From: Chiloscyllium plagiosum
Taxonomy: Eukaryota
Reading direction: 5' to 3'
Assembly: GCF_004010195.1 (NCBI RefSeq)
Contig: NC_057718.1
Span: 15,667,416-15,731,415 of the forward strand
Length of the DNA: 64,000 bases
Translations under genes and position numbers: made by a program
Shown here: in pieces, positions 38,166-51,163 of the stretch
Numbering within the stretch: the first letter of the stretch is position 1
How the letters are laid out: each line of letters opens with the position of its first letter
The notes under the pieces: generated by a model
Told to the model about the DNA's origin: nothing
The model's input: the letters and a program-made list of their open reading frames with translations, nothing else
Databases searched by the model: none

Positions 38166-38169
38166 AGTA

Positions 38170-41100
38170 ACTGGGAAGAGAGCACATCCAGAGTGAAGCA
38201 CAGTCTGAGTGTGTGTTTCAGGACACAGTAAGATTAGCTTACCTACTGTGGTCCACATAGGTAGGAACAATATAAGCAAAACAAGGAACGAGGTTCTGCT
38301 GAGAGAATATGAGCCACTCGGTGCTAAATTAATAATTTCCGGATTACTGCCTGAGCCACAAGCTAATTCGCAAATCATCAAGAAGACTGAAGAGGAAAAT
38401 GTTCAACAGTTTGTGGGAGAAATAGGTTTGAATTCGTGGAGCATTGACACCAGTTTTGGTGAAAAGAGGAAGCTGGTCTCATGGGACAGGCTCCACCTGA
38501 ATCATGCGGGGACCAGAGTCCTGATGAATCACATAATTAGGACTGTAGATAGGGTTTTAAACTAAATAGTGGGGAAAGGGTTCAGTTGTATGGAGAATTA
38601 GGAAATCAAGTTAAGGAGAAGGTAAGAGTGCAGGTTAGTGATGAGATTAATTATTACCAAAAAATAAAGCAGTCAGAATGAATGACTGTAGTATTGCACG
38701 AAGTATTGCACCTACAAGAATAGGAAAATTTGAGAATAGAATAAACTTAAAGGCTTTGTATCTAATACACAAAGTACTTGGAATAAAATTAATGAGTCAA
38801 CAGCGCCAATAGAGACAAAAAGTTTTCATTGGGTAATGATTATGGAGATGTTATTGCAGGGAGACGAGGTTTGGGAATTGAATATCCAAACATATATACT
38901 GTTTTGAAAATGTAGGCAGGAAGGGGGTAAAGGAATAGATCAATGTTGTATTGAGAAATGATATCTGCACTGGAGATCAACACATAGAATTAGTATGTAG
39001 AAATAAGAAATAGCAAAGGAATGAAGTCCCTGGTAGGTGTAATCTGCAGTCTTACTTTATGGGCACAGGATAAACCAGGAAATACTGGGGCTTGCAAGAG
39101 GGGTATAGCAATAATCATGAGTGATTTTAATATGCATAAAGGCTGGATTAATAAAATTGACAAAAGTAGCCTGAAGGGACAGTTCACTGGATGTATTTGA
39201 GATTGTTTCTTGGAGCAATATGTTTTAGAATTAGCCAGCCCCAAGGCTACTCTAGATTTGGTATTGTGTAATAGAGAGGGATTAATCAATGATCTCATAG
39301 TAAAGTATCTTCTAGGGAAGAGGGATCATTAGCATGCTAGAATTTCAAATTCAGTTAGACTGTGAAACTGGGATCCCATTCTCACATTCTGTAATAAACA
39401 AAGGTTTAAGGTTAAACTAAAGATTTCTAGGCATGAGGTTAGATTTGGTCTGAGTGGATTGGGCCGGAAGACTAAAAGGTGGGACAGTGTAGGTGTTGGA
39501 GATGCGCAATTGCTCCCACCTAAAATATATTCCAGAAAGGAAGAAAGATTATATGAGAGGAAAACTGATACTTAACTAAACAAGGAAGTTAAAGATATTA
39601 TCAAGACAAAAACTAAGGCATACTATATTGCAAAAGCTGGAAACTTTTATATTGGTAAACTTTTAAATATCAAAAGGTTTACTGAAAAAGTTTTTAAAAA
39701 AGCAAAACTAAATTATGAAAGCATTAGTGCAAAATATAAAAATGGATGCAAAAGCTTCTGAAAGTTTATACAAAGGGAAGATGATAGCTAAAGTGAATAT
39801 TGGTCTCTTGGAGGGTGAGACTGCAGAGTTAACAATGGAAAACACCGATATGGCAGAGTCATTAAATCAATATTTTACTTCAGTTGTCATGTTGGAGGAC
39901 ATTAGTACCACCTCAATTGTAACAGGTCATGCAGAACTTCTCGAAAGGTAGGAACTTAGAACAATCATCATCACTGGGGAGAAAAAATCTGAGCAAACTA
40001 TTGGGATTGAAGGCAAACAAGTCTCTAGGATCTGACGGCCTATATTCTATGGTCTTAAAGGAAGCGACAGCAGACATAGTGGATCCATTGGTTATAATAT
40101 TCTGTGGATTGGAAAAATACTAATATAAAATGCTTATTCAAAATGTGAGGGAGACAAAGTAGAAAACTATAGACAAGTTAATTTCATGTATTGTTGAGAA
40201 ATAGTTAGAATCCATTATTAAGAAAGTAATAGCAGGACATTTGGAAAAGCAAAATGCAATCCATCAGTGTCAGCGTAGTTTTATAAAAGGTAAATCATAT
40301 TTGACTAATTTGCTAAAGTTAGTCAAAGATGTAATATGCAAAAGGGATAATGGCTAACCTGTAGTGTAGTATATTGGACTTCCAGATAGCATTTGATGAG
40401 GTGCTGTGCAAAAGTTCAGTATGTAAGATCACATGGGGTTGGGGATAATTTATTAGCTTGGACAGAGGATTGGCTAACCTGGAAAGCAGAGAGTAAGGAC
40501 AAATAGGCGCAGGAATAGAAAGTACTATCACCACATTTGTCGATGACACTAAAAAGGTGGGAATTTAAATTGCAATCACGAAGTAAAAAATTTACAAATT
40601 GATGTCGATAGGTTAGGTGAACGAGCCAAAATTTGGCAGATGGAGTTTAACATGGATAAGTGTGAGGTCATCCATTTTGATCAGAGGAATAGAAAGGCAA
40701 CTTATTAACTCAATATAGAGAAGCTTCTGTGCTTCAGTGCACGGGGATCTGGGTGTCCTCGTACATGAATTGCAGAAAACTAGTACGCAGGTATAGCAGG
40801 TACAAGGAAGGCAAATGGAATTTTGGCATTTATTGCTAAACAAATACAGTCTAAAAGTAAGGAAGTGCTGCTGCGCTTGTATAAGGATTGGTGAGACCGC
40901 ATCGGGAATGCTGTGTGCAATTATCACTGCTTTACTGGAGGTGGGATGTAGTTCCATTGGAGGCTGTTTAGAGGAGGTTCATTAGATTGATTCTAGAGAT
41001 GAGGGGCTTGTCTTGTGAACGGAGATTGAGCAGTTTAGGCCTATAATCTCTGCAGGATTGAAAGGAGATCCAATTGAGGTATGCAAGATAACAAAATGGA

Positions 41101-41450
41101 GTTGACAAAATAGCTGTTCAGAGAATTTTCCTCCATCTGGGGCAATTGAGAACAAGAGGTAATAGTTTTCAGATAAGGGTGGAATATTTAAAACATATAT
41201 AAGGAGAAATTACTTCTCTCAAATAGTCGTCAATTTATGGAATTCACTACCCCCAAAAGTGTGGTAGATGCTCATTCATTGAGTTAATTTATGGAAGAAA
41301 TAGATTTTTCATTAGTAATGGGTTGAAGGGTTATGGAGAGCAGGCAGGAATGTGGAGGTGATGTAGAGTGGAGATCGGTCATGATTATATTGAATGGCAG
41401 TGCAGGTTTGAGTTTCTGAGTTTCCTACTCCTAGTTCTCATGTTCTTTAA
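38170..41450 (+). mobile_element. Near full-length, decayed CR1 (ORF1 esterase plus ORF2)
   Basis: ORF1 SGNH-like VVHIGRNNI...IISGLLP...DRLHLNHAGT, then APE (MSDFNM, LDLVLCN), RT remnants and a tail. Confidence 0.8.
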
Positions 41451-43037
41451 GCTGTTTTACTGTTGAGACAAAATCTGTAGCATTACATGCTTATGTTAAA
41501 ACCATAAGAAAATATGACCTGTCAAGGCAGGTTTTAATCTGGAATCTGACTGATCCAATAAAAACACCTATGGGATCATAATGGCACTACCATCTAATCT
41601 GCTCACCATCATGACTTGGGAATTATATTATTCCTTCACTGTTGCTGGGTAAGAATTCTGTAATTGTCTTCTATAACAGTACTGTGGGTACACTGACCCC
41701 TCCATGAACTGCAGTATTTCAAGGCAGCTCATCACTGTCAAAAAGGGCAATTAGGATAGGTTAAGAAATGTCTGCATCCTGCACTTGATTTTAAAATCAC
41801 CATGAGTGCTTGTGTCATTTTTTCCATACCTTGGGGGAACTGTACACAATATTCCAAGTGTGGCCTGACTATGGACTTACAACAATTTGTCATAACTCCA
41901 CTTTTGAATTTAATATTCTTAGAAATAAATCTGAGTGCTTTAAAATTGTTTTGCTGGCTTACTTGCTTGGATTTGTTTACCTGGATCCCTCACATTCCCC
42001 CATTTATTTTCTAAATGGTGTAAATGATGTTTCCATTTGTCCCCTTACAAAGTGCATAACCTCACATCTGGTAAATGTTAACTACCTAGTCTGCAAGTTT
42101 TCTCGTACCCCTTTATGTTCTGGTACATTCTTCCTTTCTTGTCGATCTTCGGTCACTTGCAAATTTTGATATTAAGCAACTTATGCCCAAGTCTAAATCA
42201 TTCATGTAAATATGACCAGTAGTGCAGGCACAAGTTCTTGTAAAAGAATATTTTCCACCTTCCTTCAATACAAGATATTACACTTAACTCCTACTCTTGT
42301 TTTAGTCAATTTCAGTAACTATTCAGCAATTTGATCATTAATTTTGCATGCTCTAATCTTTGTTATTATGAGCCTACCATGTGATACAATCCACAAATGG
42401 AATCTAACTTTACTCTTGTAAACTTGGGCTAACGATTTAAAAAAAGGCAGCTTTGGTAACCAAATACACAACTATTATCTGAACATAAGAGTTGTGTTGA
42501 GTGAGGTTAACATTTATCCTTTCTACTTTGTTTTCCATTTTTTTGCTTTATTCTAAAAGTCACAAAAAGATCAGAGGTGAAGTCAACAGTTTAATTTATT
42601 TGCAAGGAATAAAATCAACAAGCAATATCATTGCAAAAAATGACATCATTTCATTTGCACATTACTTAAACTGCTCTGTAACAAAAAGCACATTCTGGAA
42701 AATGATCTAATTTCAAGAACATGAGGACTGGTTTAAGAAGTAGTCTTTGTCTTATTATTACTTACTGTAAAACCTGGATATCCAGTCTTTTGATGTTAGA
42801 GTTAGACATTTCACTAATTATTAGCTGCAGTCAAATTGTGCCTAATATTCCTTAGTCAGGTGTTTCAGCAGTTTATTGTAATCACTTTTTTTAAGCGAAG
42901 AACTGCAGCAATAAAAACAAAAAAGGATTGGACACAATTTGATTTGTTTGGCCAAGTGAGAGCTTTTAAGATAGATTCTCATCAATCCCCTGGGAGATTT
43001 CTCACAATCTCACCAAACTTGCCTCATTAGCCACTTA

Positions 43038-43225
43038 GGAGAAAGTGAGGACTGCAGATGCTTTAGATCAGAGTCGAAGAGTGTGGTGCTGGAAAAGCAC
43101 AGCCGGTCAGGGAGCATTCCAGAAGCAGGAGAATTGACATTTCAGGCACAAGCCTTTCCTCCTCTGATTATAAGCCCGCTCCTCGGATGCTACCTAACTG
43201 GCTGTGCTTTTCCAGCACAACACTC
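43038..43225. mobile_element. Short inverted Neptune-terminal repeat derivative
   Basis: Starts GAGAAAGTGAGGACTGCAGATGC, as at 2828 and 56857. Has inverted GCTGGAAAAGCACAGC/GCTGTGCTTTTCCAGC arms. Confidence 0.7.
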
Positions 43226-43883
43226 ATCTCATTTACTACTTACCCTGCCTCTACCCTATTGCATCTACACATCCAATTCTCTGCTGTTCCCAGAATAAAT
43301 TGCCACTCAGCAGATACCTACTGACAGATTGGCATCTCTTGTGCATGTGTCATCTTTTAAAGCCTGTTGTGAACCTGAACAAACCCTTTTTGTCCTAAGC
43401 TGCCCAGCATAGTTTCTGACATCTGCCTTGGATTTGGCAGACAGGGGGAAAGTTGGAACCCAGCATTGCAAATAGGGACCTGGAGGTCCTGCTGCACATG
43501 GTGGTGCAAATGTGGGACTTCCTCTTCCCCAGTGGAGGTTATGACACCAGACCATGTCCAAGGTTGCAAACTGGGTTGGAATAGCCTTAACCATCTGGAA
43601 GGATAGCCAGCACTTTGGAAGAAAGTCATTGCACTTCTCCACTCTGCAAACAAGTGCACCTATCTGCTCTCCGATACTTCACACTCACTCATTCCAGCTG
43701 TATCTGCTTCCAACCACCTCACAAACTATTATGCCCTTTGTTTTTGAAGCCTAAAAGAATAGCATGCAAAATGTAAGATAGATAATAACTGAATATGATT
43801 TTATCAAAAGCCTTGCTACAAAATTTTTGTCCAAAGAGAAAAGCTCTATTAAATAGTCCCTCAACCTGAACAGTTTATTTATA

Positions 43884-44413
43884 TGTTGTGGATATATGTT
43901 CGCTTAGCTGGGAATTCGTATTGCAGATGTTTCATCCCCTTTCTAAGTGACCTCTTCAGTGCTATGCAGCATCCTATGAAGCACTGCTGTACTGTGTTGG
44001 TTGGAATTTATTTGGTTTTGTTCCTGCTGCTTCCGGTTGCCATTGGCAGTGTTTGGTATATTGGGTCTAGGCCAATGTGTTTATTGATGGAGTCTGTGGA
44101 TGAGTGCCAGAGGATCTCAGAGGACAGCGAGAGAATTCCTTGAAGCTTGACACTCATCCATCACTAAACACATTGACCTAGACCCAATATACCATCCACT
44201 GCAATGAACAACTGGAACTGGCAACCAGAAGCATTGGGAATAAAACCAAATAAATTCCAACCAACACAACAGCACTTCACAGGAAGCTCCACAACACTGA
44301 GGATGTCACCTAGAGAGGAGGCAAAACATGTGCAAACCAAATTCCCAGCTTGGCGAACATAGCCATAACAACTACAACTGGAACCCAAGCTACAAATCTT
44401 TACACAAACCTTG
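43884..44413. mobile_element. Head-to-head inverted Penelope-derived element with two hammerhead motifs and a 12-bp TSD
   Basis: Arms at about 43884-44130 (-) and 44130-44413 (+), same family as 28417-28712. TSD AGTTTATTTATA (43872-43883) / AGTTCATTTATA (44414-44425). Confidence 0.8.
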
Positions 44414-44577
44414 AGTTCATTTATAATGTTAAGTTAGGTCATTAGTAAATACATTGCTGAAAATCTTATTTCTAGCAAAGCTCTTAATAATCAAAATATG
44501 GTTTTGAATTAAGTAGATTAATTTTTGCAATCTGCAATAGAATAACTGAAGTCTGTTTGAGCTTTAACATTGTTGCT

Positions 44578-44644
44578 TCAAAATAAAAAGGGAATTAAAA
44601 TCTTCCTAGATTTTGGATAGTCCTGGAACTTCTCCACATAAAAC
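44578..44644 (-). CDS. SRD5A2: Steroid 5-alpha-reductase exon 5 (last coding exon)
   Basis: Acceptor CCCCAG|. Encodes (R)FYVEKFQDYPKSRKILIPFLF* with the stop TGA at 44580-44578. Confidence 0.93.
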
Positions 44645-45299
44645 CTGGGGAGAGAAAAATAAAAGAAGTTGACCAGCAAACTTTCACAATGAAATATTCT
44701 ACAATATACTGAACACACTTTTGCACAATGTTGAAATGATATAATTCATTCAGGGAGGCAATGTGGCTCTTCTAGTCAAAGTTTAGAAAGGGAATCAAAT
44801 CTGTGCGCAACAAAGCCCCACAAAACGCATGTGATAGCCACCAGACAGTTCGTTGAGAATTTGTTTTTAAATGGCTACCTTGGAATCAAGGATCTTTGTT
44901 TATTTTCCTCCTCCCTAACCCAGTGGTACTGGTGCAAGTATTTACTATTCCCATTGACAACAGCTAAAAATCAGCTAAATGCATTATAAAATATAGATAA
45001 GATGTAGTAACCAATAAGTAGTACTGGCCAGCTATTTTTCTGACTAATATGCTTCAGCAACAATAATCAATTTTTAATTTTCACAAGTTAGCAACAAATG
45101 ATCTAGTGGTGTATGTCATAAAAACTAAAAATACCAGAATTCTTTTGTGCCAAGTAAACGCACTATTTCAGTTACTGCAAATTAAGGTGGTGTACTTATC
45201 AATGCTGAGCTCTAGAAACTTAGAATCCTGTGAGTGAAAAGTTGAAGATTATACTGAAGGTCAGAGACGAGGACTACAATTATCTGGATTATTAATAGT

Positions 45300-46420
45300 C
45301 TTTTTATCTTAGACCACAAGATATAGGCGCATAATTAGGCCATTTGACTTATCACGGAGTGAAGGCAGGGAACCTCCAGGGTGGAGAGATAAATGGGAGG
45401 GGGTGGGGCTGGGGAGAACGTAGCAAAGAGTACAATAGGTGGAATGGGGTGGGGATGAAGGTGATAGGTTAGAGAGGAGGGTGAGGGAGGGTAGCAAAGA
45501 GTAGCGGGTCTGTTTCAGTACATGGTTGAAGAGCTTCAGGGCACAGGAGATGACCTGGGGGTTGCAGTGAGAGAGAGACTCACTGAGACGTCTGCTCCAC
45601 TATATGATCATGGTTGATATGATTTTCAACCCCCTTCTCCTGCCTTGTCCCCATAACCCTTGATCCCTTTAGTACATCAAAAACACTGTCTTAAATACAT
45701 TCAATGACTTGGCCTTCACGGCCTTCTGCGGCAATGGAGTTCCATAGTAAACCACCCTCTGGCTGATGAGATTCATCCTCGTCTCAGTTCTAAAGGTCCG
45801 TCCCTTCACTGAGGCTGTGCCCTCAGGTCTTCATCTCTCCTACTGGTGGAAATACCTTCTCCACATTCACTCTATCCAGGACTCTTAGTATTCTGTAAGT
45901 TTCAGTAAGATACCCTCATGATTAGATTAGATTCCCTACAATGTGGAAACAGGCCTTCAGCCCAACAAGTTCACACTGACCCTCCGAAGAGTAACCCACC
46001 CAGACCATTTCCCTCTGACTAATGCGCCTAACGCTATGGGCAATTTAGCATGGCCAATTCACCTAACCTGCACATCTTTGGACTGTGGGAGGAAACCGGA
46101 TCACCCGGAGGAAACCCATACAGATACTGGGAGAATGTGCAAACTCCACACAGACAGTTGCCCGAGGCTGGAATCAAACCTGGGACCTTGGTACTGTGAG
46201 GCTGCAGTGCTAACCACTGAGCCACCGTGCCGCCCAATCATTGTCCTTCTAATCTCTGAGTACAGACTCAGGTTCCTCAACCACTCCTCATATAATCCTT
46301 CATCCCAGGATCATTCTTGTAAACCACCTCTGAACTCCTTCCAACACGAGCACATCCTTTCTTAGATACAGGGTCCAGAACAACTCAATATTCTAAATGC
46401 AGTTTGACTAGAGACTTAAA
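45300..46420 (-). mobile_element. CR1 3' fragment with a nested PLE piece and a SINE
   Basis: CR1 tail sequence is interrupted at about 45355-45590 by Neptune-like sequence and at 45922-46236 by an HE1 SINE. Confidence 0.7.
45922..46236 (-). mobile_element. HE1-type V-SINE
   Basis: Head GGGCGGCACGGTGGCTCAGTGGTTAGCACTG (A box), B-box-like GGTTTGATTCC, V-core and an (AATCT)n tail. Confidence 0.9.
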
Positions 46421-46579
46421 TACTGTTTCCCATGCTAACATTTGTCTCAAGCCTGCTGCCCAATCATTGTAATTAACCAGCGTGTAATATCATGTTTACA
46501 CAGATTAAAATTGGGTCTCCAAGGACTTATCTTGATATTCCTACTAACATGCTACCCCTCAGTGGCATTATGATGTTAG

Positions 46580-47610
46580 TTTCCACATGTGACGTAGGTC
46601 TTTGAAAGTGGAGTCCCAGGTAGCCAGGATAGCGAAGGCGGCATTTGGTATACTTGCCTTTATTGGTCAGTGTTTTGAGTATATGAGTTGGGAGGTCATG
46701 TTGCAGCTATATAGGACATTGGTTAAGCCACTTTTGGAATACTTATTCAATTCTGGCCTCCGTGCTACCGGAAAGATGTTGCTAAACTTCCACAGAATCC
46801 CTACAGTGTGGAAACAGATCATTCAGCCCACCAAGTTCACTGAAGAGCAACGCACCCAGAACCATTCGTATAACCCTACATTTCCCATGGCTAATGCACC
46901 TAACCTACACAACCCTGAACATTGTGGGCAATTTAACATGCACATCTTTGGACTGTGGGGGGAAACCGGAGCACCTGATGGAAACCGAAGCAGACAAGCG
47001 GTGGATGTGCAAACTTCACACAAACAGTCGCCCGAGGGTGGAGACAAACCTAGGTTCCTGGCACTGTGAGGAAGCAGTGCTAAGCATTGAGCCATTGTGC
47101 TGTTCCAAATTGCTGCAGGAGGAATGAAAGGGAAGAGGGTCTGGACCGGACACGAAAAGAAAAATAACTTGAAAGTGTTCAGAAAATATTTACAAGGATG
47201 TTGCTAGGATTGGAGGGTTTGAGCTATAGGCAGAGGCTGAATAAACTGAGGCTATTTTCTCTGGCATGTCAGGGCTGAAGGGTGACATTACAGTGGTTTG
47301 AAAAATCATGACAGGCATAGGGTGAATAGCCAAAGTCTTTTACCCAGAGTGGAGGAGTCCAAATCTCAAGGGTATAGCTTTAAGGGGAAGGGGAAAGATT
47401 TAAAAGGGACCCAAGGGGCAACCTTTTCACACTTGGTGCTTGTATGGAAATGAGCTGCCAGAGGAAGGGTGGAGGCTGGGACAATTGCAATATTTAAAAG
47501 GCATCTGGATGAGTGTATGAATAGGAAGGGTTTAGAGGGACATGGGCCAAATATTGGCAAATTGGTTTAGATTAGTTTAGGACATCTGGTCAGCATGGAT
47601 GTGTTGGACT
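46580..47610 (+). mobile_element. CR1 3' fragment containing an antisense HE1 SINE (about 46790-47103)
   Basis: Encodes LYRTLVKPLLEY, then the SINE on minus, then the CR1 resumes at AACTTGAAAGTGTTCAG. Confidence 0.8.
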
Positions 47611-48971
47611 CTACCTCACCAATACAGTCTCTGTCAGCCTGTGTCTCATTTTCATCAAACTGCTTATCCGATTTTCAGAGGGAGCAGAAATTTCTTCCAA
47701 CTAAAATGTCGGAAAAACCAAAGTGATTAGCTTCAGTCCAGGTACTAACTGAACTGTATGCTATCAACTCCATTAATCTTGCTGGAAGCCATCTGAGGTG
47801 ACCCAGACTTCACAATTCTATTGTCATACTGGACCAAAAAGGAGTCCACATATCCACACCATTAAGACACCTACTTTTAGTTGAGCATTGTCTCGCCCCC
47901 AATCTCCGCTGCTCTGCTGCTGAAATCTGTATCCATGCTTTTGCTACCTCTGTTACAACGTTCTTCTGGCCAGCCTCCCAGTTTTACCCTCGAGATTTAA
48001 GGTTATCCAAGACCATATCACTAACCTTCATTAGCTTTGAGTGTATCAGTAGGTAATGCAGTTTTAAGATTCTCATTCTGGTTTTAACATCTTTCCATGA
48101 TTTTACTCCTACTTTTCTCTAATCTCCTCCAGGCCTACAATCCTTCAAGATAGTTATTAATCTTTTAAAAATGTGATGGCCTTTTGAACATCACTCATTT
48201 TAAGCATACCAGTGCTGGTGGAAATATCTTCACCTGAGGCCCTAAAATTTGAACATTCCTCCTACAACCACACTTTTCTCCTTTTATGTGGTCTTTAAAA
48301 CCTGCATATTTGACCAAGGCTTTGGTCATCTTCAGTTATCTCCTATTAGGCTTAGTGCCAACTTTTGATTGCTCATGCTCCATGAAGGGCCTAAGAATGT
48401 TTTATATAAAAGACACAGATATTCTTGCATTGAGCGCATAACTAAAGAGCATGGAGAAGCAAAAGAAAGTGGAATGATTACTGGAGTGGAGTGATCTGAA
48501 CCGTAATCCTGAATACTATTAGAAACACTTAATGTACTTATGCAAATTTCTCAACATTCTAAGAAAACAATATTGAAGAAATTAGAGATGTATCAATTTC
48601 CATAGAAGAAACAATACATTGATTTACCACATTCAGTAAAATACATTTTAAAAACTGACCTGCTGTGACTGCAGCCTAACTGGTGTTCCCATAAATGAAA
48701 GGGCCACTGGTATGTCAGATTTTCCAGAAAATTAGTCTGCAGCTGTAAATAACCCAATCTCAACTTCAGGTGTGCAAACTTTTGGGTTTCCTGAATATGG
48801 CATAACCCCTACCCCAATACTGGAGATTCAGGAAACACTTTCGCACTCAAGAAACAGATACTTCATGACTAAATTTTTACAACGTTAACACATTTGAGAA
48901 TTAATCACAAACTGGAAGAAAATTGCCTGACTGATGTCTGCTGATTTTTGCACTCCACACTTGCTACTTAG

Positions 48972-49945
48972 ACAGTCACACAGCACAAAAACAGACTCTT
49001 TTGGTCCAACCAGTCTTTACCAACCATAATCCTAAACAAAACCAGTCCTACGTTCCTGCGCTTGGCCCATATCCCTCCAAACGTTTCTTATTCATGTACA
49101 TATCCAAATGTCTTTCAAAAGTTGTAACTGTACCTACATCCACCACTTCTGCTGGAAATTTATTCCACACACACAAACCACACTGTAAAAAAAAAGGTTG
49201 TCCTTCATGCCCTTTTAAAAGTCTTTCTCCTCTCATCTTAAAAATATGCTCCCTAGTCTTGAAATCCCTCACCATTGGGAAAAAAACCCACCTGCCACTC
49301 ATCTTATCTATACCCATCCTGAATTTATAAATCTCTATAAGGTCACCCCTCAATGATCAAGTGAACAAGTTCCCAGCCTATCCAGCCTCTCCTAAAATTC
49401 AAACTTTCATTCCCAGCATTATCCTGGTAAATCTTTCCTGACTTCTTTTCAGCTTGATAGTATCCTTCCTGTAACTGGGCAACTAGAACTGAACACAATA
49501 TTCCAGAAGAGGCCTCACCAACATCTTATACAACCTCAATGTGACATGTCAACTCCAATACTCAAAGAACTAAACAATGAAGGCAATTGTGCTAAACACC
49601 TTCTTAACGACTTTGTGTACATGTGACACACGCTTCAAAGAATTATGTACCTCGGGTCAAGGCCTTACTTTTAATTGTACAAGTTTGTTTTACCAAAATG
49701 CAATACTTCACATTTATCCAAATTAAACTCTATTTGCCACTCCTCGGCTCTTCAATAACCTCCTTCACTCCACAGCACCAATTTTGGTGTCATCTGCAAT
49801 CTTACTAATCATGCCTTCTACATTCTCATCTAAATCATTTATATAAATGACAAAAGCAGACCAGCACCAATCCCTGTGGAACACCGCTGGTAACAGGATT
49901 TCAGTCCAAAAACAATCCTCCACCACCACCACCTTCTGTCTCCTG
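48972..49945 (-). mobile_element. CR1 3' part in SRD5A2 intron 4
   Basis: Motifs FVIYINDLD..ISKIADDTK and RGDLIEIYK...WNKFPAEVV. Confidence 0.85.
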
Positions 49946-51012
49946 CCATTATACCTTCTTTTCTTTTTTCCCCTCACCTTGTTGACTTGCTCCTCTCAAT
50001 TGCACTTGAACTATTCATTGCATATGGTCACCAATCTGACCACTCTCTATAAAGATTTTTCATCTGCATTCCTTCATACGATTTATTAATGATCATCCTA
50101 TGTTCATAGATTCTATTTTTATTCCCCTAGAAAAGTAAAATGTACTCAAAGCTTTCCATCTATTGAACACCTTCATAATTTAAAAGACCTCTATAAGGTC
50201 ACCTGTCAGTCACCCCGTATCAATAGGAAAGGAAAGAGCGAACAGCCTGTTCAGTCAGAGACACGTGCATTTCAAATGCAGGCAACATTGATTTTGCCAA
50301 TGGATGCAGAAGTCATATTTACAGATAGGCAAATCATTAAAAGGGAGGAGGCAAACAAAAATGATACCATGTTCAAACTAGAGTAACTCTCAATGATGAA
50401 AAAAAATCTGTTCTGATTTTTCTGTAACATCTTATCAATGTTAAAACATGTCTTGACACACCATACTCTGCAAATTGATTAAAGGCAAGTAAAGATGGAC
50501 TTTTAATTTTAGATCCAAACTTAATTTGATTTAGGCTGGAAACTTTTAAAATCTGCAAGTGCACAAAAATGTTTGGTTAAAATAATTGTTATTTATTACT
50601 GTACATGAAACATTTCAAAAATATAGAATGCCACTACACTAATATTGTTTAAATAAAAATAACATACACTGCCAGGGTAGATTTTCTGTTCTTGATCCAG
50701 GACAAATACAACACCTGATATGGCAAGATAAATTAGGCAGGGTGTAATGAATTTTCCCCAAGATAGACAATCACTTTTAATAGATACATTAAGCTTTCTT
50801 CTCCACTCATTTGCCTTATTTGTTTTTGTCTCCAGTCCTAAGTTCACTTGCCTAGGAAATCCGTAAACACTCATGCACCAGAACAGCACAAATTGTACTT
50901 AATTTTATTGAACCTGTATGATCAAGACCATGTTCAAAAGAAGAAACTTGACTTAAGGAAAATTAAAAATCAGTATTAACAAAAAGGTTGCATTTTAACT
51001 TGTCAATTGTAC

Positions 51013-51163
51013 CTGTGATGATAAATAGCACGAGATCCTAAGGATAGGGTTGTGAAAATGGCAAAAGCAAAGGCTGGGAAGGTCCAAGTGGCAATGGAAT
51101 AACCAAACCACTCCACAATTTCACCAAAGTAGTTTGCTGCAGAAACATATTCAAATAATCCTC
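51013..51163 (-). CDS. SRD5A2: Steroid 5-alpha-reductase exon 4 (151 nt)
   Basis: Bounded by TTTTAG| and |GTAC. Encodes GGLFEYVSAANYFGEIVEWFGYSIATWTFPAFAFAIFTTLSLGSRAIYHHR. Confidence 0.95.
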
